Shown: in pieces, positions 26,501 to 39,790 of the stretch
Layout: every line of letters starts with the position of its first letter
How positions within the stretch are numbered: position 1 is the stretch's first letter
Assembly (NCBI RefSeq): GCF_018977255.1
Contig: NW_024704743.1
Location: 67,334,001 to 67,398,000, forward strand
Length of the DNA stretch: 64,000 nucleotides
Origin: Callorhinchus milii
Lineage: Eukaryota
Reading direction: 5' to 3'
Translations under genes and position numbers: made by a program
The notes under the pieces: model-generated
Seen by the model: the letters and a program-made list of their open reading frames with translations, nothing else
Databases searched by the model: none
What the model was told of the DNA's origin: nothing

Positions 26501-28740
26501 CAGAGAAGGAGGTGGGGGGGGGGGGGAGATTTTTACACTTATATAGCCTCTTTCACGTTTGTAAGTAAAATCAGTCTGAGAGTTGATTTGTCTTGGTGAT
26601 TCCAGCTGTTTGCAGAATGCTAGTTTAGTGTTCAACAGAGAATAAGATTCACTCGCCTGTCAATGGGAGTACATTTTCTGACAAGTGGAAAACTGAAGTG
26701 TAAACATGAGGAATGGCTCAGACATTCAAACCATTGCCATGGTAGTCAGTTGAAGTATGAAAAATTCCTCTTACATAGGCAACCCCGTAATGCAAACTTA
26801 AGCGATGTTCCCTCCTTGTCATTTTGTAGATTGAAGCTGTTAGCAGTCAGTCACAACAGATTAACACATTCTTTACACTGTGCCCAACAACTAATGTACA
26901 ATTATGCGTCATATCCATTATTTATTGGACATACTCTGCTGACAGTGTGATAAATACCAGCGAAAATATATGATGATACAAAGGAATCCCATTGTCGAGT
27001 CCTTTGATAGAGCACAATAATATTAATCTGCAGGCACGAACTTACTTATAACACAAATCTACAGAGGACTCACGTCAGTTGGAAGAGTGGCACACCCAGT
27101 TTCTGGTAGTGATTCGTCGACTTCTTGGGCTTAAAAAAAAGGAGGATTTCTATGATGTCACGTTGCCACTAATGTCTCTTCCTCCCTATTGTATATGTGC
27201 ACAGGAAGCGCCATGGACATCACCTCCTGTGTGTTGCATATGAGCAAGAAGCATCACTGACATCACTTCGGGGGGAAGTAATGTCAGCGGCCCTTCTTGT
27301 GCAGAGGTTGTCTGGAGGTCGACTACTTTTTTGGGCCACGCTTGTAAAGTAGCTGGTGAGATACTGGACTCAGCCCCAGAATGAAGTTTCTCTCCACAAA
27401 ACTTTAACCTCAGCAGATCTGGTTTTGAATGCTGAAAGGACAAACAGTATTTTCATGTGATGGTTTATGAGGCAAAATGGAATACGTGCATGGGAATCCT
27501 CTTTCTGAGGACATTTCCTGGCGAGTGAAACCTAGTGCTTACACTGCTATGATACAATTATCAAGGTACAGCTATTTGAAACAAATGTCTCCTCCTCAAA
27601 GGACTCTGTATCAGTTTTGCTTCACGATGAACTTAGCAGTGAATGAGAGTGCTACTGGTTGGCAGAATTGTATGTATTCTTTTACAGCTCACATTGTGGC
27701 AAAAAATGTGGTGACGCTTTTCAGTGCGACTTGTTGAATTGCAGATTTGTAAGTATAGCAAATATCAGTAACCATTTTTACACAAGCAGAGATTGCCTTT
27801 GAAGCACTGATACCTTTTATATTCCAGGCAAAATCTCATTATTAACCTAAAGTGAAAATCCCATCTTTTAGCCATAATTTATAATAGGCTCTAGTGAGTC
27901 CTGAAAGGTTTTGGCTTGGGAGAGTGATAATGTCGTGGATCTTAATTAACATGCACGCTTAAAGCTCAAGCTCACCAGGTTAATGATTGCATCTTCACTG
28001 TTGTCCCTTCTACTTTCAGGCACAGCATCTGTTCCTCTGAAGATACCATAAAAGCTCACTGCTCAACTGAATTATGTGTTTATGTAAACAAGAGGATGTC
28101 CAACCTTTATGATGAAGACCAAGTGCAACAAGAGACAGGTAGCCAAGGGAATTGGGAGTTAGAAAGAGCAAGATTCTGTGACAGTCAGAGAATGGGGTGA
28201 AAGAGAGATAACAGCTGGTTAACTGATAATTCACTGAAACGAGAAGGGTAAGAACAAAGTGAGTTTGGGTGCCGAGAGAAGTATTAAGAGAACAAGGAAC
28301 AATGAGTCATTAATTGCTCCATCAAATGATCCCGACAGTCTGGCAAAATGTAACAACCAGCAGCTGCTGTGCGTTGTTGCCAAGTCAAGAAACAATTACT
28401 GATGGCTGCAGATGTCGGAATGTTTCTTTCAGCTCACTGACAAATTAACAGATCCTATCATGTAAAAGTCAAAATAAATCATAATTAATCCCATTAAAGA
28501 ACATCGTTTTCCATTGGTGCTGGAGCAATAGTTAAGAATTGCTGGATATTTACAACATGGATTTTGGAAGTGCCATTAATTACTTCAATTAACAATTAAA
28601 TTTTCGCAATCAAAAGAATTCAGATGAAAAATTGAAATGAGTTCCATCACAGAGAGACTACGGACTTTCTGCATCATGCAAAGCAAACTTGCCCTGCATA
28701 TTAAACAGCAAAGGAGGAAATGCAGCAGCCTTGATGGTGT

Positions 28741-29405
28741 ACAACAACAACTTACTTATATATAATAATAATCTTTACATTTGATATAACGCATTTCATG
28801 TCTTCTAGACGTCTCAAAGTGCTTCACAGAGTATTTTGTAAATACTGTATATTTGTGGGCGAAACGTAGCACACAATTACGCACTGCAGTGTCCCACAAA
28901 CAGTCGTGGGTTGAAAAGACCAATTTTTTATTATTGTTTTTTTCTTGCGGGATTATTATTAGGCGTGAGGAGTAAGGAAACTTGCCCAAGGCTTCGCCCT
29001 GCCAGGAATCGAACCCGCGTCTCTTGCTTGAGAGGTGAGTGCTCTAACCACTGAGCTACAGGACTCTCCACATAGCTCCCTCCACGCAGGGAAGAATTTC
29101 AGAGCGCTTAACAGTGGCAGAGCCTGACTCCGAGCCAGGGGTGGGAGGGGAGAGGTGGGACTTGAAAAAGGGGAGCGAGGGGGCAAGGCAGAGGGATTGA
29201 GGGAGAGTGTTCCAGAATTTTGAGGTATAGTGGCTGAAAACCAGACCTTCGATGGTGGGGCAGAGGGTGCGAGGGTTGAACAGGAGGCCGGTACCAGTAG
29301 AGCGGAGGTGTCGGGTGCTGGATTGGGGAGTGAGGAGGTCGGAGAGGTAGGGAGGTGCCAGGGAGTGGATAGATTTGAACACGTGTGTGAGGATTTTGAA
29401 GTGTA
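28741..29405 (-). mobile_element. L2 3' fragment whose tail is interrupted by a family-B SINE (~28760-29070, minus)
   Basis: L2 FKIL..FKSIHSLAPPYLSDLL at 29200-29400; SINE with intact GGGTTCGATTCC B box; L2 (TTG)n tail remnant at 28741. Confidence 0.88.
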
Positions 29406-29429
29406 GTGGATAGAGCTGCAACTTATGAA

Positions 29430-29640
29430 CTGGGAGCTTGTTGGTTCGAATCCAATCTGTTGACTTTGGTCTCAGCTCAATGCGGAGGCTAAATTGGTCC
29501 TGTCCTTTCCAGGGTTAGAGGGGTTGAAATCAACTGAGTTTCCTGGTCTTCGACCGTCTTTACTTACTGGTGGGTATGTGGCAGCTGGGTAAAGAGGTGA
29601 GGCTGGGCTCGGCTTTGATGCCCTTTACAGTTGAATGCAC
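29430..29640 (+). mobile_element. Old SINE-like repeat of a third family (second copy ~52100-52290)
   Basis: B-box-like GGTTCGAATCC; loosely shared motif TCTG(C/T)TGA..T.G.TCTCA.C and downstream GGG..AGGGG with 52170-52260. Confidence 0.45.
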
Positions 29641-29996
29641 AGCTGCTACGTTTCCCTACAAATGCACACTTTACAGTAAATCCTGTGAAGCACCTTGAGA
29701 TGTCCTTCTGACAACAACTGTATATGAGATGAGACCTCTGTTTATCATGTCACCTGAGAGACACATGACTAGATGTCTCCAATTCCAATGTGAAGGTCAA
29801 ACTCAGAATCACCTCATCTGACCCAGAACCGAGAGTCCTAGCAACTAATCTATACTGACATGTTGAGAAAACTCAGCATGTGAAATGTACTACTACTTCT
29901 TGCTCTTATGGAACAACAATAACAACAAATTGCACTATATAGTGCCTTTCATATTTGAAGCAACATTGGGATGTGTTTGTATCACATTGTAGTTTG

Positions 29997-30306
29997 TGGA
30001 GTGTTGTAGCTCAGTGGTTAGAGCACTTGCCTCACAAGTGAGAGACCTGGGTTCGATTCCCTGCAGGTCGAAACCATGGGCAAGTTTCCTTACTCCACAT
30101 GCCTGATAATAATCCCTCAAGAAAAAAAATAATAAATTGGTCACTTCAATCCACGACTATTTGTGGAACACTGCTGTATGCAATTGGCTGCCGCGTTTCG
30201 CCCACAAACATACATTTGATTCACTTTACAGTATATTGTGTGAAGTGCTTTGAGACATCTTGAAGATGTGAAAAACACTATATCAAATGCAAGGCTTATT
30301 ATTATT
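29997..30306 (+). mobile_element. tRNA-headed SINE, short variant (family B)
   Basis: TGTAGCTCAGTGGTTAGAGC...GGGTTCGATTCC; (TTA)n tail. Confidence 0.9.
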
Positions 30307-31699
30307 GTGTCCAATACATTTCATCTGAACCTTCTTCTGATCTGGGATCCTTCTGGACTGCAATTTTTTTTAAAAAATTACACAAATCTACAACAACAAC
30401 TTGCATTTATATAATATGCTTCACTTAGGGCAGTGTGATCGTGCAGATTTTACATAAATCTGTTGATCTCACTGAGTAATTGTCCTTCACCCAAGTGACA
30501 TCCCAAATGGAACCACCCTCTGGCACTGTGCTAGAACAAATTTATGCATTACAGTTATTAGACATTTTGTCTTTGAAATGCCATTTAAAGTCATGTCACT
30601 TAATTATTTCATGACTTTGCCCAACAAATTATTTGTGTTAAATAGACTTGAATTCTTTTATTTTAAAAAAGTACACATTTTGTACAGTTACCCTGAATAT
30701 TCAAGACCCTCATCATAACAACTAAATAGTGCATTTATCAGCAAACAGGCTTCAAGCTTCCAGTAGTAGATTTCTTGTCAGATGTGCTATGCTGAGAACA
30801 GCAATTGAAAATTAACAGCAATGACTTTGACTGTGTAAACAACAACATGCACTTATATAGCACCTTTCATGATGGAAAATAGCTCAGATTGAGATGGAGC
30901 GAGAGCTCAAGCAGGTGAGAGATTGGGAAGGAGGGTTGAAGTGCAGGGAAAGTTGGCTGAAGGTACAGTAAAAGAGATTTTGAGATGGGTATTGAAAGCA
31001 GACAGGGAGGGTGCAAGGTTGAGGGATTTAAGGAAAAAAGTCCAGAGAGATGTGCCAAAGTAGCTGAATGCTCGCTCTTTCTTTCATCCAAGTATGAACG
31101 TAAAACATTCCCAAGATCCGAAGATAGTGGAGTGGAATATTTGAAGTTAGTTGCTTTAAATGCTTTCACTTACAGAAAGAAAGAACTTGCAATTTTATTA
31201 ATCCCCATTTTTACTTTGTTAATTTTAAACACGTACCTTCCAGATCTGTGTTCACTGTCGAGCTTAAATATATCTTATATCTGAGCTATCTGTGTCCTCA
31301 GCATTTAAAAGACTTGCAGAATAATTTTCCAAGTATAGTTTTCAGAGACATTCTTGGTAATGTAGAGCCTAAAGTCCTAGATTTGTCTTTGTTGCTCTTC
31401 TCTGAACCCCTTTCCTACACATCAATATTCTTTTGAAAGAAAGAAAGCTTGATGCCCCAAACTGCATCAATATTCTAAATGCACCAATGATATGTGGAAG
31501 GTTAGAATAACGTGCTTCAATTTAAAAGTCAAATGTCTCTTAGCTGCCTCCCATTACCTAATTAACCTTGTTGATAAAATGTGTTATATTGCTTGGATGT
31601 GAGCAGACATTAAAATACATCTTTACAATGGTCATCTCTGATACACATATTTGCCATCTGAACTGGTGCTTGAATCAAATCACATAAGTAACTACTCAC

Positions 31700-32100
31700 T
31701 TTAATAGATGTTTGGGAAAGAGAATGGGGACTGAGCAGGGGAGTGGGATTAGACTCGTGGGTGTCTTGAAACTAGCAGCGCAGACAAGATTATCTGGATG
31801 GGCTGTTTTTGTACTGCAACATTTGGGGATTCTAATGGTAAAACTGTTCATAGATTTAAAAGGGGATTTAGGAGCAATTTATTTATGCTGAGGCTGGGGA
31901 GATTGCAGAACTCACTGACAGAAGCTGTGGTTAAATCAGAAAGCTTCAGAATATTTAAGAGGACATTTGATGCATACACAAGGGAGAAGGAAATAGAGGG
32001 GTACAAGAGAGGTGATTAGGAGCAATGTTGGCTCATGTGGAGTACAGACATCATCACAGACTTTTGGGCCAGATGGCCTGTTATAATGTAACTTCTCTGA
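31700..32100 (+). mobile_element. Two tandem CR1 3'-end fragments
   Basis: CR1-type 3'UTR (GGGAGTGGGATTAG...GATGGGC; GGGCCAGATGGCCTG) and residual FKR.FD coding. Confidence 0.55.
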
Positions 32101-32674
32101 GATGTTATCCTCTTGTTGTAATTCTACGTAGAGCTTGTGAGTTTTATGGAGAAGCTAAACTGGGATTAGAATCTGGCATATAATAGAGAAGGATTTGTGG
32201 GGGAGAGTGGAGTTGGCCAATTCTATGTAACTAACATGCAAAACCATTGAGAAAAAAACAGAACCTACACTTCAATTCTACCAAATCCAATTCCCTACTG
32301 CTATTATTTCACTATGACAGAGGTACAATATCTTAGTTTGGAGGCAGCTGAAAACTGGACAGACCATCTCACTCCCCTCACCTCACAGTTAAAATTACCA
32401 AAACCTATCCAATGTTCAAATGTGTACAGTATAAGGCAATTCTTTATCATACAACCTAAGCAGTAGAAGTCTTGTTTGAGCAAGTGTACCAAAGTATCTT
32501 ATTCAGCCATTGCTAAAGATCTGAGCAGATACACCACAGAACCCAATTATAATGCAAGTATGTGTATTGCATGATTGAGGCATGAGGTCTGGACCCTGAC
32601 ATTTACATACCAAACCCCCCAGCCCCTAAATGCACCAGAAAACTAGCTGCCTATCAGTGCCTCAATAATAATCC

Positions 32675-32989
32675 TTAATAATAATCCTTGCATTTGATAT
32701 AGCGCTTTTCACGTCGGGAGGACGTCCCAAAGCGCTTCACAGAACACACTGTAAAGTGAATTGACTGTATATTTGTGGGCGAACGCGGCAGCCAATTGCG
32801 CACAGCAATGTCCCACAAACAGTCATGGATTGAAAATGACCAATTTATTATTGTTTTTGGTTTTTGGAGGGATTATTATTAGGCTCTGTGTGGAGTAAGG
32901 AAACTTGCCCAAGGTTTCGCCCTGCCTGGAATTGAACTCAGGTCTCTCGCTTGCAAAGCGAGTGCTCTAACCACTGAGCTACAGGACTC
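32675..32989 (-). mobile_element. Young family-B SINE
   Basis: Near-identical to 942-1253; perfect anticodon stem CTCGC/GCGAG. Confidence 0.92.
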
Positions 32990-34448
32990 AAATAGTGCTG
33001 TTGCAATTCAAAACATGGCATTGCACCATGATGTGTTTTTTTACAGATCACAAGAAGTGTGATGATGCATTATGAAGTGTGACACCCCGATTTGAAGCAT
33101 AACGCACTCTAATGGAACCAGTTGACTTTCAGCACTGTGCACCACTGGTCATGTGATTGGTGATAGTGCCCTGTTATATGGTTCGCTTTATGTACCTCCT
33201 CTCCTCAACTATCATTTTACAACAAGCCTCCACTGTAAATGCATATAGTTCTACAGGATTTTGTTTGCTTGAAAATGTCAAAAATGGAATCAGGATCATA
33301 GCCTTTTTTTGCACAAGAATTATACATCCTACAAAATACAGTGCTTGCGTACTGTTTGCAGCGCTGATGCTGGAAAACTACAAAACTAACATCAAATAGC
33401 AGGGGACTGTATCAAGATTTTCAAAATTGGGAATAGTTTGAGAGAGTATTAATGAGTCAAGCAAGTATAAATTGAGATATTTTGGTTCTTATTGTTAGAA
33501 GGAAACAAGAGGAGGAAGATTGGAAGAAAGAAATATATAAACAGATAGTTGTTGGAATTCAGAATGCTTAACAATAAATTGTTGCTGTAGCCAAGTCCAC
33601 AGGAAATTGGATAACACTTGAAGATAAATAACATTAACAGGTTTGGGGATAGAGCAGTGGAATAGGCTTAGTGTAGATAGCTCCAATGGTGAGGAGCTAG
33701 GATCATTAGTGATACAATGGACCAAGTGGCCACCTGTCTGTAAGCGTTCTGTAATTCTATATGGCAACAGGGATTTGTTGTGTATCAGTGGTTTTCTTTG
33801 TCCTTTTTATCCTTGATTTTTAGTTGCATTCTCCTGCCTTTTCACACTGCCTGCCTTTGCTAAAGTCTCTGCCAGTGATGTTCTACACCTGTCCACTAGG
33901 AGGTAGTCAAGAGATGATCCACTCTCCGATTTCCCCATGTTTCCTCTGGGAAGGAAGCAACACAAAATTACAAGAAAGGTTCGGTCAACAAAGCGTATTT
34001 GGGCCATTAGATCCCAATCTTCACAATTCCACTCGAGCAACTGCTTATTCGATGGAAATGAAATGATCTCATCTCTGCTTCAAAAGAGAGGACAATGAAA
34101 CCGCTGCGGAAGAGAAGGCCCTGGGTAGTAACTGCCATTTCCAACCATTTTGTTCCTTAATTATCACAGGGGAAGGTGCAAGAGTGGCTGCAAGAAACGG
34201 GTTGACTTGTCATTTGAACTTGTTTTGGAGCCTCTGATTTTTGTTGGCCAGCCGGTGTTTCTCACATGCGGAAACCCGTCACCATGCTGAACAGTATCCA
34301 AACTAAACAGAGTTTCATACGTCCCAACTCTGGGTGGAAATCCCAGAGATATTTACTTGTTGGAGCCTCTGATAAAAGGTTTGGCTTCTCTCTGAACTTT
34401 CACTCAGTTTGAAATTGAGGATGGAGTCTGCAGCAAATTCTTGCCCTA

Positions 34449-34462
34449 CCACTAGGTGGAGC
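34449..34462 (+). promoter_or_regulatory. Candidate CTCF core motif
   Basis: CCACTAGGTGGAGC resembles the consensus CCACYAGRKGGCRC. Confidence 0.35.
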
Positions 34463-34656
34463 AACACTTCACTCCTGTACAACCATGTAATGTGCAGTGT
34501 TTGAAGTCGGATACATTTGTATTAAAAAATCTCTCATTTTAGTTAATGCTCAGTGTTCTATCTTGAACAGAAAGTCAATAAAGTAAATATAAGTTATGTA
34601 ACAGACTTTGGATAAATACATACAGAAATTTCTGTGTTGGGTTTACTATCCAATAT

Positions 34657-34948
34657 AAAAATAATACCAATCCTTGCATTTGATATCGTGCCTTATCACG
34701 TTGTCAAAACACCTTGGGCAAGTTTCCTTACTCAACATGCCTGATAACAATCCCTCAACAACAAAATATAATAATTTGGTCACTTCAATCCATGATTGTT
34801 TGTGGGACACTGCTGTGCGCAATTGGCTGCAGCATTTCACCCACAAAATATACAGTCAATTTACTTTACAGCATATTCTGTGAAGCGCTTTGAGACGTCG
34901 AGAAGACATGAAAAGCGCTATATCAAATGCAAGGATTATTATTATTAT
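34657..34948. mobile_element. Family-B SINE body (+, 34712-34948) fused to an inverted SINE tail (-, 34657-34710)
   Basis: ATCCTTGCATTTGATAT on the left and ATATCAAATGCAAGGAT on the right form inverted ends; tRNA head absent. Confidence 0.75.
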
Positions 34949-35738
34949 CTCAAAGTGCTTCATAGGATCTTACTTCAGTGTGCAGGGACTGATTTGTAGG
35001 TTACCCGGCAGCCAATCACCATAGTGATGACCAGTAAACGGCCACAAAGTGAAATGGGCTTCAATACTTGAAAATCAAGCAGAAGAGCAAAAAGCACATC
35101 CTTTTTTTATTCAGCAACTATAATTGAAATTTTTAGAATCACAGAGCAGACACCCTGCAGGTTAAAACAATTTATTCTGTTTATAGTAGTATTATTACAT
35201 GTGCATTTGAGTAGAAGGTAAAGCTAGTTCCCTTCATTAAGCAAACTCATACAAGGAATATTGTAATAGCTGGCAGGGATGAATAATAAAAGGTACGAGA
35301 CTAGAGCAAACAAAGCACCTCCTGATTATAATTTGAGGCTTTGTGGAGGCAGGAGGAATTATATCTGAAAACAATGCAATACACACAATAATACTAATAA
35401 TTAAACAAAACCATCTGCTGCAGGTTCCGTTGGTTTATCCTCAACGATAAGGTATGGTACTTCTATGCCCATTTTCCCCTCAGTTGGAAGACTGGATGAG
35501 CAAGGTATTGATTTTTCTTCAGCAGTACAGTTCTACCAATAGGAGAAGTTTTCATTGCTAATATTAGGACAGTAGGTTTATATTTACGATATTATACTCC
35601 TTGCATTTGATATACCGCCTTATCACACCGTCGAGACATTTCAAAGCGCTTCACATGCTGTTCACAACAAGTGGCTATGCTGAAAATAGCCACTTGTTGG
35701 TGCCATATTAAAATGTTGTTTTCTATTAGTGATTATCA

Positions 35739-36876
35739 TTAGAATCATAGAATCAAAGAATCGAACAGCACAAAAAGAGGCCATTCGGCCCATCGAGTCT
35801 GTGCCGGCCTTTTGCAAAGAGCAATGTAATGTCAATCCCACTTCCCAGCCTTTTCCCCATAACCCTGCAAACCCATCCTCCTCAAATACCCGTCCACCGC
35901 GTTTTTAAAAGTTGTTATCGAATTGGCCTCCACCACCCTTTCAGGCAATGTGTTCCAGATTTGAACAACTCGCTACGTGAAACAATTTCTTCTCACTTCC
36001 CCTCTTTTAGAAACTATTTTAAATCTGTGACCTCGAGTCACCGACACACCCACCAGTGGAAACAGTTTTTCCCTTTCTAACCTATCAAATCCCCTCATGA
36101 TTTTGAAAACCTCTATTAGGTCTCCTCGTAACCTTCTCTGCTCCAATGAGAATAATCCCAGCCTCTCCAGCCTTTCCTCATAATCAAGGTCCCTCATTCC
36201 TGGTACCATCCTTGTAAATCTCCTCTGCACCCTTTCCAATGCCTTAACATCCTTCCTATAGTGTGGTGCCCAGAACTGGGAGCAGTATTCTAACTGAGGC
36301 CTAACCAGTGTTTTATATAGGTTAATCATAACCTCCTGACTCTTGTACTCTATGCCCCTATTTATAAAGCCTAGTATCCCATATGCCCTTTTTACAGCTT
36401 TATCTACCTGTCCTGCCACCTTCAAGGATTCATTTACCTGAACCCCCAGGTCTCTCTGTTCCTTCACTCACCGTAAGATTGTATTATCTGGCCTGTATTG
36501 CCTCCCTCATTCTTTCTTCCAAACCTCACATTTCTCCACATTGAAATTCATCTGCCATGTGTCTGCCTATTTGACCATTCTGTCTATGTCTTCCTGCAGT
36601 TGGCTACTATCCTTCTCACTGTTTACCACCCTACCTAACTTTGTGTAGTCCGCAAACTTGGAAATGGTACTTGCTATACCCAAGTCCAGATCATTTATGT
36701 ATATTAAGAAGAGCAGTGGTCCTAATACCGATCCCTGGGGGACGCCACTGTACACTTCCCTCCAGTCAGAAAAGCAGCCGTTCACCACAACTCTCTGCTT
36801 TCTGTCTCCCAGCCAATTCTGGATCCATGCTGCCACTGTCCCTTTTATACCATGGGCTTCTATCTTTCTTACAAGT
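35739..36876 (-). mobile_element. CR1 LINE, 5'-truncated 3' portion (RT C-half and 3'UTR)
   Basis: GVPQGSVLGPLLFLIYINDL..SKFADYTKL (catalytic DD mutated to DY), LVRPQLEYCSQFWAP, LEQRRLRGDLIEVFK; (ATTCTATG)-like tail. Confidence 0.95.
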
Positions 36877-39639
36877 AGATGGACCGCTCTGACCTATTGT
36901 TGAAATATATTGACTATCACTTCGGGATACATTGGTATATTACAAACAGCAACCAAATGTTCCAGATGGTTTGATAGTTAAATGGTTAAAAGTAGCTTTG
37001 CTGGACTGGTTAAGGTCAGTTTCTGATTAAATGGCTACAGTCTCAATACCTGCCTATGTCAAGGCTGAGAAACAAGCAGGTTGCGGAAGGCTGCCCAGAA
37101 GTTGTCCATATCTCTTTCTCCTTACCAGATATTGTCAGGCGAAAAGAGCCTGCTCAAAGATTGCTAGCAGCCTGTGAAGAGTGGGGGCTCTCTGTGACCA
37201 GGGAAGGTGGAATTAGAAACACATGAAGTAAGTAACTTTGGAATAGTTGGAGTTGTGTAGAGCGTCAGCACACTTCCCAGTGGAATCGATATTGATTCTA
37301 CTGTATCTATGTATATGTACAATGGTGAGGGAATTTACCTCCAGTGAGAAAGTGAAGGAGGAGGAGTGGTCGGCAGCAGCCAAAGGAAAGACAAGGATAG
37401 AGGTCAGTCGGTCGTTGCCCAGTCATCAGAACGGGTTGTATGCTTTGATTCTGTAAATACTTATATTTGACTAATTGTTCAATAAAACTTTGTTACACCA
37501 CTTTGGATTGTCAGGTCATATTTTGTACTCAGGGATCGGAAATCCCAACACTTTCCTGCTTGGGATACTTTTTACTGTTATACTATTTGTTGTGCTATCT
37601 ATGTATTCTCTGGAGTATTTCCTGTCCGGATAACCTTGATGGTGCTTGGTGCAAATGAAGCACAGATAAGCTAACAGAACAGGTTTGTCTGTCACAAAAT
37701 ATTTGATGTGTGTGCAGAGCTGCACCATAGTGGCCAGACCAGAAGCTGATGAAGCCAATTCAAAAGAGAGGGAGTTTCTGGCCAACAATCCCCGAGAATT
37801 AAATATTCATTTCATAGGGTGTTTGCTGTATCGTACTGCGTGCAAAGTAGCTGCCTCATTTGCCTACAAATATAATCACCTCCCTTGACAATTATTACTT
37901 GTGAAGCGCTTTAAGACATTTTGACATTATAGGCACTACATCAAATGCAAGGATTATTGTTATTAATTTGATACTATACAATCTGACAAGAGGGCATGGG
38001 CTGAGTAGTGGCAAAGTCGGCAATAGTGCAGTAGTAAGGGTGTCTTGTGGCTGAACTGCTGAAGGAGAGCAGGGGAGCTTTACTCTGCATTTAAACATGC
38101 TTTTCCTGACCAGGGCATGCTTGATGCTGACACTGCGTGCTCGGAAAAAGAAGGTTTGCCAGCGCTAAATCTCTGCCCTCAATGACTATTGAAACAATGT
38201 TAACAAGATAAATTCTCTCACAATTGGAACGTTCGGATGAAACTGCACAATAGTTTTGTTGCAAGAAAGTGAGTTATTTTTGATGTTAAAAATGACTGGA
38301 GGAATGTTGTTGGTTTCTCTTTGTGTGTCCAAAGATCCCCGTTTGAAAGGCAGGCCAGGGGAGCTGACCATATGCTCAGCATTCAATTAACAGCATTCAG
38401 AAGACTCGGCTATCTAGTCTGTGCATGTTTTGTTATTTTCAAGTGTTCTGTAGCTAACATTCCAGTGCCACAAGAGGCTTTTTGTCACTTATGGCGGGGC
38501 TTTGAACCAGGCACATACACAATAGTCCCTGACAGCACACAAGTGCCATTTCACTACGGTACAAGTGTCAAACTGACAGCGCGTGCTGCTTGTGTTGCTG
38601 TATAGCTCTGTTCGACAACGGCAGTGTGAATCTGAAAGTTCCATCACAGCCACAGGCAGTCCCAGTCCCTTGATAGGCGACCTGATCCATAAGCTCATCA
38701 ACTGCTGAAGGTAACGCGTATTGTCAGGGCCAGGATTGATGCGCCTCAGCCAGGACAGCACTGGGGCTCCTCTCAGTTCCTGCACATGAATTATCCAATA
38801 TTAAAAACTGACGATTGAATTGCTGAGAGGAATGAACAATATTTTCTGGTCTCAATGAGGCATTGGAACCTTTTCTAGTTCTAGAAGCACATGGTTTGCA
38901 TATCAGAAATCTGGCTACATGGCTTTATGAGCCAATATTTGCCAGAAGTTTTCATCGGGTCTGTCTAGGTCCTTTAATCGTCTGACACAAACAATGACAA
39001 TAGACAGGAGCAAATTTGCTCTTGTATCTGAGTATGTAGAAAATAACTGGCAATGCATCCCAAGTTGATCACTCCCAGATCATTTTCTCAAGGGTTTCAA
39101 GATCTCTGCCGAACACCTTGACAAAGGCATAAATGTGACGGTTAAAAGGTGACAGATTCTGCCGCGCTGGTATGTTTACAAAAGTTTCTTGAATCACTCT
39201 TGTGCTCTCGTGCACTTCAGAGACAAAAGCTTGCCATCTCCCTGTTATGAGGTGTGCACTCTCTCTGTGCTTATGTTACCGTACACCATGCTGGTGATAA
39301 AGCTACAAATGTAGGTGGAGGTGTTATCTTGTAATACACTGCAATCTCATTAGAAGGTAGTTTCCTTGTACAATATCTCAGAAGCTTTGCTATATAAAAA
39401 AAGGGTGGAAAAAGAGCTGACTTTTGGGATACTATTTCTGTGCTGATGTCACTTCCTGCTTGTTGTACACATGTACAGAGGAAATGACAGCAACATCAAA
39501 TATGATGACATTTGTAAAACAAAGCCTTTTTGCCGCACTTTCACGGAGGGAATGAGTGGGGTCGACAGCAGAGATAGGATGGGGGCAAGACCGTAAACTC
39601 ATTCAAAGTCAAGGAAGACAATAACCACTTGAACTTATG

Positions 39640-39790
39640 CAGCGGCCTGTCAGAGCAGCAATGGTCCTGGAGGCAAGGGGAGAGATAGAAAGCTGGAGTT
39701 GGGTGTCATCTGCGTACATGTGGAAGTGGCTCTATCCCTGCCGATGATATCACTAAGGGGGGAGCATGTAGATGAGGAGCACCACACATG
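39640..39790 (-). mobile_element. L2 RT fragment
   Basis: Residual YMLPL.DII...HMYADDTQL on the minus strand. Confidence 0.7.

Noticed and set aside
2535..28138. Plus-strand exon-like segments (2535-2624, 7761-7870, 20693-20805, 28020-28138) with AG/GT ends and open frames
   Set aside because: They are antisense to cntnap2, the peptides are unrecognisable, and such pseudo-exons are expected by chance in 64 kb. Only RNA-seq could support an antisense transcript.
38606..38710. Plus-strand AG...GT exon-like segment
   Set aside because: Stops in all three frames and antisense to the host gene.
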